Origin: Pseudomonadota bacterium
Lineage (GTDB): Bacteria > Bdellovibrionota_C > UBA2361 > OMII01
Assembly: GCA_038134595.1 (NCBI GenBank)
Contig: JAYPVM010000011.1
Coordinates: 1-64,000 of the forward strand
Length of the DNA stretch: 64,000 nt
Direction of reading: 5' to 3'
In this document: positions 12,069 through 23,360 of the stretch, one piece after another
How the letters are laid out: each line of letters starts with the position of its first letter
Position numbering within the stretch: position 1 is the first letter of the stretch
Notes under the pieces: model-generated
What the model was told of the DNA's origin: nothing
Databases searched by the model: none
What the model saw: the letters and a program-made list of their open reading frames with translations, nothing else
Position numbers and translations under genes: made by a program

Positions 12069-12893
12069 ATGGAAACAAACGTACTCAACCCGCTCAATCG
12101 ATTTTTAGAAATTCTTGCAAAACTTAGAAACCCCGACGGCGGCTGTCCTTGGGATATCAAGCAAACCTTTCAAAGCTTAGGACCCTTACTTATCGAAGAA
12201 GCATACGAGGTTGTTGATGCTATCGATAGCGGAAACGCGGCACTTGAAGAAGAACTTGGAGATATGCTCTGCGTTATAGGACTCTTTGCGCAGATTGGAA
12301 TTGAAAATCAATCGTTTTCCTTTGATTCGGTATTAACAGCTATCTCAGAGAAACTTGTGAGAAGACACCCCCACGTTTTTGGAGACACCCCAGTTTCATC
12401 AGAGAGCGAGGTGCTTGAAAATTGGGAGAAGATAAAGCAGGAGGAGCGAGCAAGTAAGGAGACCTCGGGGAAAAAAGGACTCTTAGACGGCATTCCCCGC
12501 TCACTGCCTGCACTACAAAAAGCAGAACAGATGGGAGAACGTGCGTCCCGAGTTGGGTTTGATTGGAACTCAAAGACAGATGTTGCCAAGAAGATACACG
12601 AAGAGCTAAATGAATTCTTAGACGAACTAAACAAGACACCTGAAGTAGAGGACAAAAAAGCAAAAAAAATCGACGCTAAAACTGAAGAATTCGGCGACCT
12701 CTTGTTCTCGCTAGTACAATACGGAAGGCACCTTGGAATCTCGTGTGAATCAGCACTACAATCTGCAAATGATAAATTCCATTGTCGTTTTAAGAGCTTA
12801 GAGGAATTAGCGCAGGACAAAAGTCTCAAGAACCTCACTTCAGAGCAGTTGGAAAAGCTTTGGCAACGCGTGAAAGCCTCCCAGCTACTTTAA
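12069..12893 (+). CDS. mazG: Nucleoside triphosphate pyrophosphohydrolase MazG
   Basis: LRNPDGGCPWD, EEAYEV, EELGD, KLVRRHPHVF, second EEFGDLLF. Confidence 0.95.
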   Translation: METNVLNPLNRFLEILAKLRNPDGGCPWDIKQTFQSLGPLLIEEAYEVVDAIDSGNAALEEELGDMLCVIGLFAQIGIENQSFSFDSVLTAISEKLVRRHPHVFGDTPVSSESEVLENWEKIKQEERASKETSGKKGLLDGIPRSLPALQKAEQMGERASRVGFDWNSKTDVAKKIHEELNEFLDELNKTPEVEDKKAKKIDAKTEEFGDLLFSLVQYGRHLGISCESALQSANDKFHCRFKSLEELAQDKSLKNLTSEQLEKLWQRVKASQLL

Positions 12894-13016
12894 CGATTCA
12901 CTCTGTTCTAGCCTTGTGGGGGAACCATAGGGTTGTCAGACGCAAGCGCTCCAACATCATCGTCAGGGTTTGACAGGGGAGCGTTTGTAAATCCCAGCAA
13001 CACATAAGGAGTTGTT

Positions 13017-13184
13017 ATGCTGGTACTGAACAGAAAGTCGGGTGAAGAGGTCGTTGTAGAAATTAACGGCCAGAAGCTCACAATTTTGATCGAAAACAAA
13101 GGTGGTCGGACAAAATTGCTGTTCAATGCACCCAACGCGTTTAAGATAACGCGCGCTGAGCTAACAAAGAACAGCAAAAAGTAA
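13017..13184 (+). CDS. Divergent CsrA/RsmA-like protein, 55 aa, absent from ORF track
   Basis: Hand translation MLVLNRKSGEEVVVEINGQKLTILIENKGGRTKLLFNAPNAFKITRAELTKNSKK; AAGGAG RBS; keeps the CsrA-type MLVLxRK, AP and R-x-E pattern. Confidence 0.8.
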   Translation: MLVLNRKSGEEVVVEINGQKLTILIENKGGRTKLLFNAPNAFKITRAELTKNSKK

Positions 13185-13204
13185 TTTTGCTGCTCCTTAA
13201 AATC

Positions 13205-13255
13205 CATCCAGCGGGAGTATCATGGAGTCTTTGACCCTTCGACTCCCGCTGGATG
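13205..13255 (+). terminator. 14-bp stem-loop downstream of the csrA-like gene
   Basis: CATCCAGCGGGAGT (13205-13218) pairs with ACTCCCGCTGGATG (13242-13255). The U-tract is weak. Confidence 0.45.
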
Positions 13256-13596
13256 TTGTAGTGTAGTTTAGGTTTTTAGGTTCCTCCACATCGTTTCATT
13301 TCTCTAGCCTACGTGGCTTCGAAGCATCAAATGCCATCTTGCTAAACATATCATCAAGAGCAGTCATCTATCTGATATCGTAGGTTTTAGTCGAAGACGA
13401 CATAACGGTCTCAAACTTATCGTCCGTAAAAACGGTCATTTTCTTGCAGTTTTGCAATCTCCGACATACAATGTCGCCTGGCTCTGTGGGGGACTACAGA
13501 GGTTTTTAACGGCATTTTTTGAAAAGGCATTTTTACTGGGTGGCGCGTTGTCACCAAGTGCCTTTTCAAACCAGCAGCTTCGAAAGGAGGCGTCAT

Positions 13597-13806
13597 ATGC
13601 TGGTACTGTCGAGAAAGTTGGGCGAGAGCATCATGATCGGTGATGCAATCAAAGTCACGGTGGTTGAACTTGGAGGTGATAAGGTTCGGATCGGAATCGA
13701 CGCGCCACGAGATATACCAGTTCATCGAGAAGAGGTATATCGTGCAATCCAAGAAAACCAGGGTGATGGAGAAGATTCATCTGGCTTCGGAGAAGGAGTG
13801 TTCTGA
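13597..13806 (+). CDS. csrA: Carbon storage regulator CsrA
   Basis: [16 protein letters not shown]...[29 protein letters not shown]. Confidence 0.97.
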   Translation: MLVLSRKLGESIMIGDAIKVTVVELGGDKVRIGIDAPRDIPVHREEVYRAIQENQGDGEDSSGFGEGVF

Positions 13807-13816
13807 GGCTGTCCAC

Positions 13817-13877
13817 GACACCCAGCGAGGCCTTCATTTGGCCAGCCATTATAAAACCCTCGCTGGGTGTCACTTTC
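13817..13877 (+). terminator. 14-bp stem-loop downstream of csrA
   Basis: GACACCCAGCGAGG (13817-13830) pairs with CCTCGCTGGGTGTC (13858-13871), followed by ACTTTC. Confidence 0.45.
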
Positions 13878-14099
13878 TTAGTTTTGAAAGGTTTGATATT
13901 TCGACCATATATATCGCAAAAAGGTTCTAAAACTCCCCCACGTGCCTATCTCTTATCGACTACTGCAGTTTTACGTAGAACAAAACCGACAAAGCAAGAA
14001 AGACAGACCACTTGCTTGAACAAGGTGCTCCTCTAGGCTAGTCTTAATCTGTAAGCACGGCAGTGCAACGGTCCAAGTAAATGGCCATCTACTAATTAA

Positions 14100-15431
<1,332 letters not shown>

Positions 15432-15451
15432 GAGCGTCTCCTTTTAGAAAC

Positions 15452-15484
15452 AAAAAAGGGAGTGCATTTAGCGCTCCCTTTTTT
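15452..15484. terminator. Bidirectional intrinsic terminator between ahcY and mpl
   Basis: AAAAAAGGGAGTGC-ATTTA-GCGCTCCCTTTTTT between convergent genes. Confidence 0.85.
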
Positions 15485-15541
15485 ATTGCCTATCATTGGT
15501 ATGGGCTCTGGCGAGACAGACCTTAAAGCTAAATCTCTAGC

Positions 15542-17032
15542 TTAGCCCATGCAGTCGTCTGCCAACATCTGTGGCAATCCATCAAACGAGCCATTAGACA
15601 TCACCACTACCACATCTTTGACAACATCATCTGAACCATCTTGCTCAAGCGAATTCCAAAGATACTCTCTAATAGCCTCTACGTTATCGAAACACTCTGA
15701 GGGGACGCCCGACGCTGTGATAGCATCGCTTAACGCTGAAACCTCTATAAGCTCTAGTCCTTCATCGATCGCTCGAGCTTGCACATCTCGCAGCACAACT
15801 CTATCCGCTCTAGCAAACGCATCGATGTATGCTTGTTGAAAAACTGTGCGCCGAGAGGTATTGGATCGAGGTTCAAATACAGCCCACAGACGTGCTTCAG
15901 GAAACGCCTCGCGCATTCCCGCCAGAGTTTGGTCAACAGCGGTTGGATGATGTGCAAAATCCTCGATAATCACCACACCGTTCTTGCGTCCTCGGATCTC
16001 CTGCCTACGTTTTACACTCTTAAAGCCCTGCAAAGCCTCGCACGCTGACTCTAGGGAAACTCCCTTCTGTTCACACACCGCAAGAAGGGCCGCTACGGCG
16101 TTACGCGCGTTATACTCTCCAAGCATCGGAATCTCTAAGGTGTATCCTGCCCCAAACAAGCCTCCTTCTACCGTTACACGTTGTGCGATTCCACGTGAAG
16201 AACGCTCTACTATCCGACAATCAGCATCAGCATCGACCCCAAAGGTAATAAACGAGCACCCATAACGCTTACGCCACTGCTGGGTTAGTTCTTTAACTCT
16301 GGGAAAATCAATGCAACATATCGCAGTACCGCCTTCACCTAAAAGCCTTACAAGCTCCTCAAACTGCGCTTCAATCGCCTCGATATCTGGATAGATATCT
16401 GCATGGTCGAATTCAATTGCATTTATAATCGCGGTATCTGGGGTATAGAAGGTAAATTTCGGTACCTTTGCAAAGAACGCACTATCGTACTCGTCTCCTT
16501 CAACCACCGATACTTGCCCCACACCGACACACAAACTCTTCGGTAAGCTTTGTACTATGCCACCCACAAAATACGATGGCGATTGCCCTGTCTCACTTAG
16601 CATATAGGCTGTTAGTGCCGTCGTGGTGGATTTCCCATGCGTCCCTGCAACAACGATTGAGTGCCTCTCTGCGATAGCTGTCTCCTGCAGCAACTTGGGA
16701 AAACAGGTATACGGTAAGTTCTCACGCTCAACGACATCAACCTCAGGGTTACCGTAGCTAATAGCATTGCCGATAACCACAAGCTTTGCATCAAGCGGTA
16801 CGTTCTCTTCGCGATAGCTGCGAAGCGTCTCAACCGAGGAGCCTTCAAGCAGGCTCTTCATCGGTTCATAAAAATCCTTATCACTCCCCGATACAACATA
16901 CCCACGCTCAGCCAACGCAATAGCTAACTGCGCCATTGCGACGCCACACACTCCAATGATATGAATTTTCGAGCCCTCTGATATAGAGCTTAAACTCGTG
17001 ATTGCATCAACTGAAAAGAAATCTTTCGGCAT
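15542..17032 (-). CDS. mpl: Murein peptide ligase Mpl (MurC/Mpl family)
   Basis: IHIIGVCGVAM, VAGTHGKSTT, EGDEYDSAFF, EFDHADIY, EDFAHHPTA, FEPRSNT, MSNGSFDG. Confidence 0.9.
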   Translation of the reverse strand: MPKDFFSVDAITSLSSISEGSKIHIIGVCGVAMAQLAIALAERGYVVSGSDKDFYEPMKSLLEGSSVETLRSYREENVPLDAKLVVIGNAISYGNPEVDVVERENLPYTCFPKLLQETAIAERHSIVVAGTHGKSTTTALTAYMLSETGQSPSYFVGGIVQSLPKSLCVGVGQVSVVEGDEYDSAFFAKVPKFTFYTPDTAIINAIEFDHADIYPDIEAIEAQFEELVRLLGEGGTAICCIDFPRVKELTQQWRKRYGCSFITFGVDADADCRIVERSSRGIAQRVTVEGGLFGAGYTLEIPMLGEYNARNAVAALLAVCEQKGVSLESACEALQGFKSVKRRQEIRGRKNGVVIIEDFAHHPTAVDQTLAGMREAFPEARLWAVFEPRSNTSRRTVFQQAYIDAFARADRVVLRDVQARAIDEGLELIEVSALSDAITASGVPSECFDNVEAIREYLWNSLEQDGSDDVVKDVVVVMSNGSFDGLPQMLADDCMG

Positions 17033-17056
17033 CGGGGAATATCCTCAAGAGTCGCG

Positions 17057-17446
17057 TTAGTTGCACACACTCAAATATACTAGCGAAAACCGAGGTATCT
17101 CAACACCAATCAATCCACTGCCGAGTCGGTTAAAGATATACGTGCCTCGCATTCCACCGACCGGATCTCGAATAGTCACGGAGCTTGAGTACTCAAAGTG
17201 CTGCCCAGGCTCTAGGAAAGGCTGTAACCCTACGACCCCACTACCGATGACCTCCCCTACTCTGTTTTCAGCGGATTCAATAATCCAATGCCGCTCAAGA
17301 AGCTGTACTGTATCGCTCGAGAAGTTTTCAATTCTCACATCGTACTTGAAGGCAAACAGATTTCTAGAAGGGTCAGACTCCTCTTCCACAGGAAAAGCAT
17401 TCACGGAAACAGAGATGGGTTCTGAGAGTTGAATCGCTGTGCTCAC
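17057..17446 (-). CDS. apaG: ApaG protein (start uncertain)
   Basis: FAFKYDVRIEN, VQLLERHWII, GSGVVGLQPFLEPG, GGMRGTY. Confidence 0.9.
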   Translation of the reverse strand: MSTAIQLSEPISVSVNAFPVEEESDPSRNLFAFKYDVRIENFSSDTVQLLERHWIIESAENRVGEVIGSGVVGLQPFLEPGQHFEYSSSVTIRDPVGGMRGTYIFNRLGSGLIGVEIPRFSLVYLSVCN

Positions 17447-17586
17447 ACTCCCGACACTACCAAACACCCTGCTTGTGGAAAAGGATAAACCTCTCTCGCA
17501 ATTGTTTTTTTTATTTATTAGGTGTAGGCAGACAGAGAGCAATGCTATAATTCTCTGATCTCTACAGTAACAAACCGATACCACCT

Positions 17587-18561
17587 ATGCTACACACCCT
17601 GCGTCCACTAAAACCATACCGAGGTTTGATCAAGATGGAACAGCTTGCGCCCCATATAAAGCGCGTCTTGCATCACCTAAAGGTCTCTTCGTATTGGAAA
17701 ACACACCTTAAAGAATTCAAAAATTTCCACGATCAACTCCATCCAAGAGCAGAGGTTGATGTAAGCGGTAACGCAATTACAATTTCATTTCCAGACGGTC
17801 ACCAGCCCGATCGTCTTGAATCTCTCAGTAAAAGCATCCTTCCATGGCGAGTTGGCCCCTACCAAATAGGTAATTTGAATATCGATTCCGAATGGCGCTC
17901 CTATATGAAGTGGAATCGGATCGCACCGCTTCTCGGTGACCTTTCAGGCAAGAAGGTTGCTGACGTTGGTTGTAGTAACGGCTACTTTCTCTTTAAGATG
18001 CTACACTCTAATCCGGAACTCTTAGTAGGATTTGACCCAATCGAGCGATGCTGGCTTCAATTCACATTCATCTCTGAATTAATCCAGCCTGACAAGGTAG
18101 CATATGTTCCGACAGGTATCGCCACACTGCCGAGTTTTCCAGATTTCTTCGACACCGTTATCTGCATGGGAGTGCTCTACCATCAACGAGATCCCTTCAC
18201 GGCATGTAAGAACCTATTCGCCTGCACAAAGCCAGGTGGCACTGTTATTCTTGAGAGTCTTGTTATCGACAGTAAAGACCCTACGATTCTCATTCCCAAG
18301 GAGCGTTACGCAAAAATGCGAAACGCTTGGCTCATACCGACAGCTCCGGCATTAGAAAATCTAATGAAAAGAGCTGGCTTTCAGGAAACTACAATCCACT
18401 CTTTCGGAGCGCTAACCACGCATGAGCAGCGATCTACCCCCTGGGCCCCCTACGAAAGCCTCGCCGATTTTCTCGATCCAAATGACAGGTCAAAAACTAT
18501 TGAAGGGTATCCTGCTCCGCATACTGCGTTAGTGATAGCGAAGAAGGGGGGCGATACATAA
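17587..18561 (+). CDS. cmoB: tRNA U34 carboxymethyltransferase CmoB
   Basis: [49 protein letters not shown]. The true start may be ATG 17635. Confidence 0.92.
   Translation: MLHTLRPLKPYRGLIKMEQLAPHIKRVLHHLKVSSYWKTHLKEFKNFHDQLHPRAEVDVSGNAITISFPDGHQPDRLESLSKSILPWRVGPYQIGNLNIDSEWRSYMKWNRIAPLLGDLSGKKVADVGCSNGYFLFKMLHSNPELLVGFDPIERCWLQFTFISELIQPDKVAYVPTGIATLPSFPDFFDTVICMGVLYHQRDPFTACKNLFACTKPGGTVILESLVIDSKDPTILIPKERYAKMRNAWLIPTAPALENLMKRAGFQETTIHSFGALTTHEQRSTPWAPYESLADFLDPNDRSKTIEGYPAPHTALVIAKKGGDT
18421..18545 (+). repeat. Direct repeat copy 1 (3' end of cmoB)
   Basis: ATGAGCAGCG...CCCCTACGAAAGCCT...TGACAGGTCAAAAACTATTGA...GGGTATCCTGC recurs at 23110-23235. Confidence 0.9.
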
Positions 18562-19355
18562 CAACAATCTCACATGTGGCCTCTCATAAGGGCGCAATAG
18601 TTCTACTAGTCACAGCAAAGAAGAGCTACTTGTGTCGAAGATAGACGAATCTCATTGAGCTCGCAGCCCATTTTGACACGAAAAAACTCACAAGTTTTAC
18701 CAGTATAACCCTTAAGACCAACTAAAGAAGCATAGCGTGTTACGCCGTGCTACGATCGATTCCGACGACCGTGAAAAAATAGCATCGAGTACTCGCTCGA
18801 ACGAGAGACGACAAGCCGCAGGGTCATCGGTGAATTTCAAGTAAGAGACGTATAGTAACGGGGAGTTGAGAAACGAAGGCCAGAAGACTCAAGCGGAACG
18901 CCTCAAACCTCAGAATGATTGCTGAGATCATAAGCCTCGCACAAAAGTGATAAGTCGCTACATGCGCAAAAGTAGTGCGGGGTCCAGAATATGGGTAGCG
19001 CTTTACTCACAAGTAGGTGTTCCTTGTCATCAGTCGGAATCCTATATCGATCTGCGTATCACTTCAAGGAGTGAGGTGGCCAAGTTTTGGGACCTCTCGA
19101 TCGGAATCGACCTGCATTCGTTGCTCACACGCCTGAAGCCTACTCGTATCTCCTCGCGCATGAACAAGGCGCAGAGAGGCTCTTCTAAGTAGTGGTTTCG
19201 GGTCGCGCAAGCCGCTCCAAGCGATAAACTCCCCAATGGCTGGTTTGCCTGAGAGAAAGCGACTCAGAGCTTGCCCGGTTTCGCCGCATCAGTTTGCGAG
19301 AAAAGCGAGTGCGACGCCTCTGCAAGCTTCCTCATGTTGTATACCTCACGTTGAA

Positions 19356-19919
19356 TCAGTTGAGGGTCTCCTCCACTGAATTGATAATGCTTTCGACTCT
19401 CGCCATCAACTCCTGCGAGGAAGTCATTGCACCCGGAGCGCCTCTAGAAGTACCTTCATTGTCGGTTGACTCAACACGGAAATATCGGCGTAAAATCTCT
19501 ACATATGGGGGATTTGTCTCATCGTCGGGGCTCTCGCGTAGCGTATCGTACGCGACTCTGGCTGCTTGACCCGGGGTCATTTGGTATAGAACATCAAGCG
19601 CAGCCACAGCGACTGGAAAAGAGATATCTCTGGCTCGAGACTCAGCCATTACTCTGGCCACACCGAGGTCCTTCGCCGCGAGGGCGATGATTGAGGGTCT
19701 GATCGTATGTGGATCCGATGTTCTCGCCACAGTCGAGACAATTAGGGAAATAGTCTCGCAATCAAGGCCGGCTCGATCTTGCGCTGCCACAAGCGCTCGC
19801 AACCTTTTCGTGTCGGATATCTCCGTCGTCATAAGGGCGTCTTTGATCTCTTGGTTACAATCGGGGCTCGAGTTCCCCACGTCAACCATCCTCAACCGTA
19901 GTAGACTCGGTACCGGCAC
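19356..19919 (-). pseudogene. Probable truncated helical (HEAT-like) protein remnant
   Basis: 187-codon ORF without a clear start or RBS. The frame continues upstream (EQIEQ*EAGPASTGEIYDIAG) through an in-frame TAG, and the surrounding DNA has low coding density. Confidence 0.4.
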
Positions 19920-20499
19920 ATTTTCGAGTCCGGCAATGTCATAAATCTCACCGGTACTGGCAGGACCGGCTTCCTATTGTTCTATCTGTTCGACAGTGGC
20001 ACTAGCGCGTTAATCACGGCTCGCGCCTGCTGACACGGCCGACGCTGTTCAGTCGTGATTACCAATTGCGCTTAAACTCTACCATATCGCCACTACTCCC
20101 CCAGAAACCTCTTCATAGCCTCAACTACTTACGGCTTGATTTATTCTTTTTTGGTGAGGATTTCTTCTATCCGTGTATAGAATAGTAGCATTGTTATGTT
20201 CCCAATCAAACCCAACCACCACCGATCTCGAGCACCCATACTTGCCTGTTTTCTTTGGCCACTACGCCCCCTGGATCGTAGATATGAAAGCGATCTGAAT
20301 TGACATAGGTGGAGCGGATATCCGACCCAGGTCTATCTTGGTCAACTTCTAATCGCTTCAAATCTTAGCGCGCTGATTCGCTCTTCGGGTAGCCTCGTGC
20401 ACTGACGTTATCTCCCGGATAACCTCCTACCTTTTCTCAATCATCTCACAAGAAGCAGGTTGGACAGCGCGGAAGCTTGAAGCTTTCCACATGCGTCTC

Positions 20500-21327
20500 T
20501 TAGACCGCAAAGAACGCTAGGAAATCCTTTCTTAGGCGACCTGCTTTCTTTGGTGAACACTCAAGCACAACCTTTGCTTTACACGGTTCGAAGACCACCG
20601 ACAGGACCCTACCAAGGTTAATCTCTTTGGCTGCTCCGCGCTCATGGAGCTGAGACTGAAGACGTCGCGCCGTGTCAGCTGGAAGTCTGACTGTAAGTAT
20701 GTAGTCACCCATAAGGTCGATATATGAGTTCTCAAGATGCGCAAGGGGGCCACACGCGAACGAGATAGTTTGGTTCTTGTGTTTGTAAAGTTTGCGAACG
20801 GCCGATTCGAAGCGCCCGGCGGCCCCGAAATTAGTGTAAAACTTGCGGCAACTCATTTTGAACGCTTGATGCAAGCGGGATTCGCGATCATCTTGAAGCG
20901 CGACAAACCACGGAAAGGGAACCCACGCGAATACATCTTCAGGTGGCGTGTGCTTAAGGAGCGCCAAAAGGAGTTGGTTCCAAAAATCGTTGCATCGCAC
21001 GAGGTTGGAAAACTTCCACGATAATCTGCTTCCCGGAGCTGGAATGAGGTCGCGTATGTATGAATCCGAGAAGTAGGTTCTCGACACGCTGTCAGCGAAA
21101 GTAAGGAGATCGAAGACCCACGTAAGGCTCAAACTGTATTGAGACATAGCTCGAACGACGAAACCATTCGCCTGTAGGCGACTCAAAACTTTGTACACCG
21201 CCGCGTTGCTGTAGGTGTTTTTACCCTGAGATGCTTGCTGCCGGATCTGTTCCGCCGTCATTCGGGGTTGGGCCGCAAGAAGTCGCAAGGTGATCTGTTC
21301 GAGAGAGGGCTCCGTCGTTAACAACAT
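20500..21327 (-). CDS. Winged-HTH putative transcriptional regulator
   Basis: N-terminal MTAEQIRQ...YSNAAVYKVLSRLQANGFVVR...YSLS wHTH pattern; divergent from hss. Confidence 0.7.
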   Translation of the reverse strand: MLLTTEPSLEQITLRLLAAQPRMTAEQIRQQASQGKNTYSNAAVYKVLSRLQANGFVVRAMSQYSLSLTWVFDLLTFADSVSRTYFSDSYIRDLIPAPGSRLSWKFSNLVRCNDFWNQLLLALLKHTPPEDVFAWVPFPWFVALQDDRESRLHQAFKMSCRKFYTNFGAAGRFESAVRKLYKHKNQTISFACGPLAHLENSYIDLMGDYILTVRLPADTARRLQSQLHERGAAKEINLGRVLSVVFEPCKAKVVLECSPKKAGRLRKDFLAFFAV

Positions 21328-21351
21328 AATTTCATCGGCTTGACAATCTCC

Positions 21352-21378
21352 TCTTATTCTACTCTAAGTAGAATAAGA
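21352..21378. promoter_or_regulatory. Perfect 12-3-12 inverted repeat, probable operator
   Basis: TCTTATTCTACT-CTA-AGTAGAATAAGA, next to TTGACA (21340-21345), between the divergent wHTH gene and hss. Confidence 0.65.
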
Positions 21379-21504
21379 AGCGCTAGGGGGATAAAACGAA
21401 GAAAAAGCCCCACATATTCGATAGTCTAATCAAGAAATCAGTGCGATCGGTGGGGTGCGCCCCTTCGGTTAACGGATGTTGTAGCTAGATGCAAGGAGAC
21501 GAGG

Positions 21505-22956
21505 GTGCCCGTACGTAATTTTCACGGTAAAGTTTTGGTGGTTGGGTGTGGTGCGGTATCTCGATGTACCTTGCCGCTTTTGCTCAAAGAGTTATCAATA
21601 GCCCCAGAGCAGGTGAAGGTCGTTGACTTCGCCGACAACCGTGGCCTCATCGCTGAACTGGTACAGGCAGGGGTTGTATACGAGCAAACTCGCATTACAC
21701 CGGAAAACTATGCTGAGATACTGTCCTCTTGGCTCTCACCCGACGATATTTTAATAGATCTCGGATGGAACATCGAGACCAGAACGATCCTTCAGTGGTG
21801 TCGAGACAACCACGTACTATATGTAAATACCTCGATAGAGGTTTGGAACCCGTACGCGGACGCACTACGATCCGACCCGAGAAACTACACCCTTTATCGC
21901 CGGCAGATGGAGCTTCGTTCTATGGTGCAGGGATGGGGAGATAACTCAGGCGCCACTGCCGTTCTCGATCACGGCGCGAATCCTGGCATGGTGTCCCACT
22001 TCACGAAGCGCGCTTTGTTGGATATTTGCGTGGGGATTCTCGCCACCGATGTCCCAATCCAACGTCGCAAGGACTTAGAGCAGGCGCTGGATGCTCGTGA
22101 GTTTGCGAAGCTCGCCGCGCTCTCTGGAACGAAAGTAATTCATATCAGTGAACGGGATACGCAGATTTCTGACAAGCCTAAAGAGGTTGATGAGTTTGTA
22201 AATACCTGGAGCGTTGAGGGACTCTTTGAAGAGGGGATAGCTCCCGCTGAGATGGGATGGGGAACTCATGAGACTGAGATGCCGCGTGATGGATACGCCT
22301 TCGAAGAGGGGCCTGGGAACGTGGTGTGTCTGAGCACTCTGGGAGTAAATACGTGGGCTCGGTCATGGGTGCCGAGCGGTCCGATTATCGGGATGGTTAT
22401 ACGACATGGTGAGGTATTTAGTATCTCAGATCGCCTTACGGTATGGCACGGTAACAAGGCTGTTTATCGCCCAACCGTGCACTATGTCTACTGTCCATCT
22501 GATGCCGCTATCGCTTCGGTGCATGAACTGAAGATGCGCGAATATAAGCTCCAAGAGCGACAACGAATCATGACCAACGAGATCACCTCAGGACGGGATG
22601 AGCTTGGGGTCCTGCTCATGGGACACGATCTCAACGGATGGTGGACAGGAAGCATTCTCGACATCGATGAGGCGCGACGCCTCGCTCCGGGACAAAACGC
22701 GACCACGTTACAGGTGGCGTGTTCGGTTGTCGCCGCGGTGCGGTGGATGATTAAAAATCCGCGCCAGGGGCTCTGCTTGCCGGATGATGTCGACCACGAA
22801 GAGGTTCTGAAGGTAGCTACGCCGTATCTTGGACGATTCGTATCTCAACAAGCCTCATGGACCCCGCTGAGCGATGCTACTCACTCGGTTACTAGCTTTG
22901 GGGAGCCTCCGCTGAAGAAGGAGGATATGTGGCAGTTTTCGGCGTTCCGCTTGTGA
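21505..22956 (+). CDS. hss: Homospermidine synthase
   Basis: Rossmann VGCGAV, HGANPGMVSHF, IHISERDTQ, NTWSVEG, YRPTVHYVY, QNATTLQVA; AAGGAG RBS. Confidence 0.92.
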   Translation: MPVRNFHGKVLVVGCGAVSRCTLPLLLKELSIAPEQVKVVDFADNRGLIAELVQAGVVYEQTRITPENYAEILSSWLSPDDILIDLGWNIETRTILQWCRDNHVLYVNTSIEVWNPYADALRSDPRNYTLYRRQMELRSMVQGWGDNSGATAVLDHGANPGMVSHFTKRALLDICVGILATDVPIQRRKDLEQALDAREFAKLAALSGTKVIHISERDTQISDKPKEVDEFVNTWSVEGLFEEGIAPAEMGWGTHETEMPRDGYAFEEGPGNVVCLSTLGVNTWARSWVPSGPIIGMVIRHGEVFSISDRLTVWHGNKAVYRPTVHYVYCPSDAAIASVHELKMREYKLQERQRIMTNEITSGRDELGVLLMGHDLNGWWTGSILDIDEARRLAPGQNATTLQVACSVVAAVRWMIKNPRQGLCLPDDVDHEEVLKVATPYLGRFVSQQASWTPLSDATHSVTSFGEPPLKKEDMWQFSAFRL

Positions 22957-23109
22957 TTGAATAAGAAGGGGCATGCTTGAGGGAAAACGTTTGATCGCTA
23001 CGACACGAGGCGTACAGGCAGGTGTTCTCTGTCGGGAAGCATTAACAGCTGAGGTCCAGGCCTCACTGAAACTGGCTGAGGGCACCTGTCAGGTCCTTTC
23101 AGGAGGACG

Positions 23110-23248
23110 GATGAGCAGCGGATTAACACCTTGGGTCCCCTACGAAAGCCTAGCCGACTTTCTCGAGCCACGTGACAGGTCAAAAACTATTGAGGGGTAT
23201 CCTGCACCACATACAGCACTCGTGGTCGTTAAGAAACCTGCCCCTTGA
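23110..23248 (+). pseudogene. Displaced or duplicated 3' fragment of cmoB (direct repeat copy 2)
   Basis: Encodes [37 protein letters not shown] versus Cmo[38 protein letters not shown]. Confidence 0.88.
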
Positions 23249-23360
23249 AAAGCTAATAGCGCGGTACATGCAAGCGTGAATGTCAGTTAACATCAGAGGG
23301 GAGGCGTGTCTTATCTGTCCTATGACGAAGCTAAAAGTCGTCTATAAAAAAAGAGTGCCG

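Noticed and set aside
12908..13207. Minus-strand 99-aa ORF
   Set aside because: Shadow of the plus-strand csrA-like gene, which has an RBS and the family pattern.
13417..13540. Weak similarity to the upstream region at 40879-40970 (TTATC...AAAAACG; GAAAGGC.TT)
   Set aside because: Short, gapped, low-complexity matches that could arise by chance.
18600..19350. Short ORFs inside the hss islet, or a transposase/integrase remnant
   Set aside because: Multiple stops and no recognisable catalytic motif; treated as decayed sequence.
22973..23109. 91-aa ORF 22973-23248 as a real fusion gene
   Set aside because: Its N-terminal half has no recognisable features; the similarity is fully explained by the cmoB fragment.
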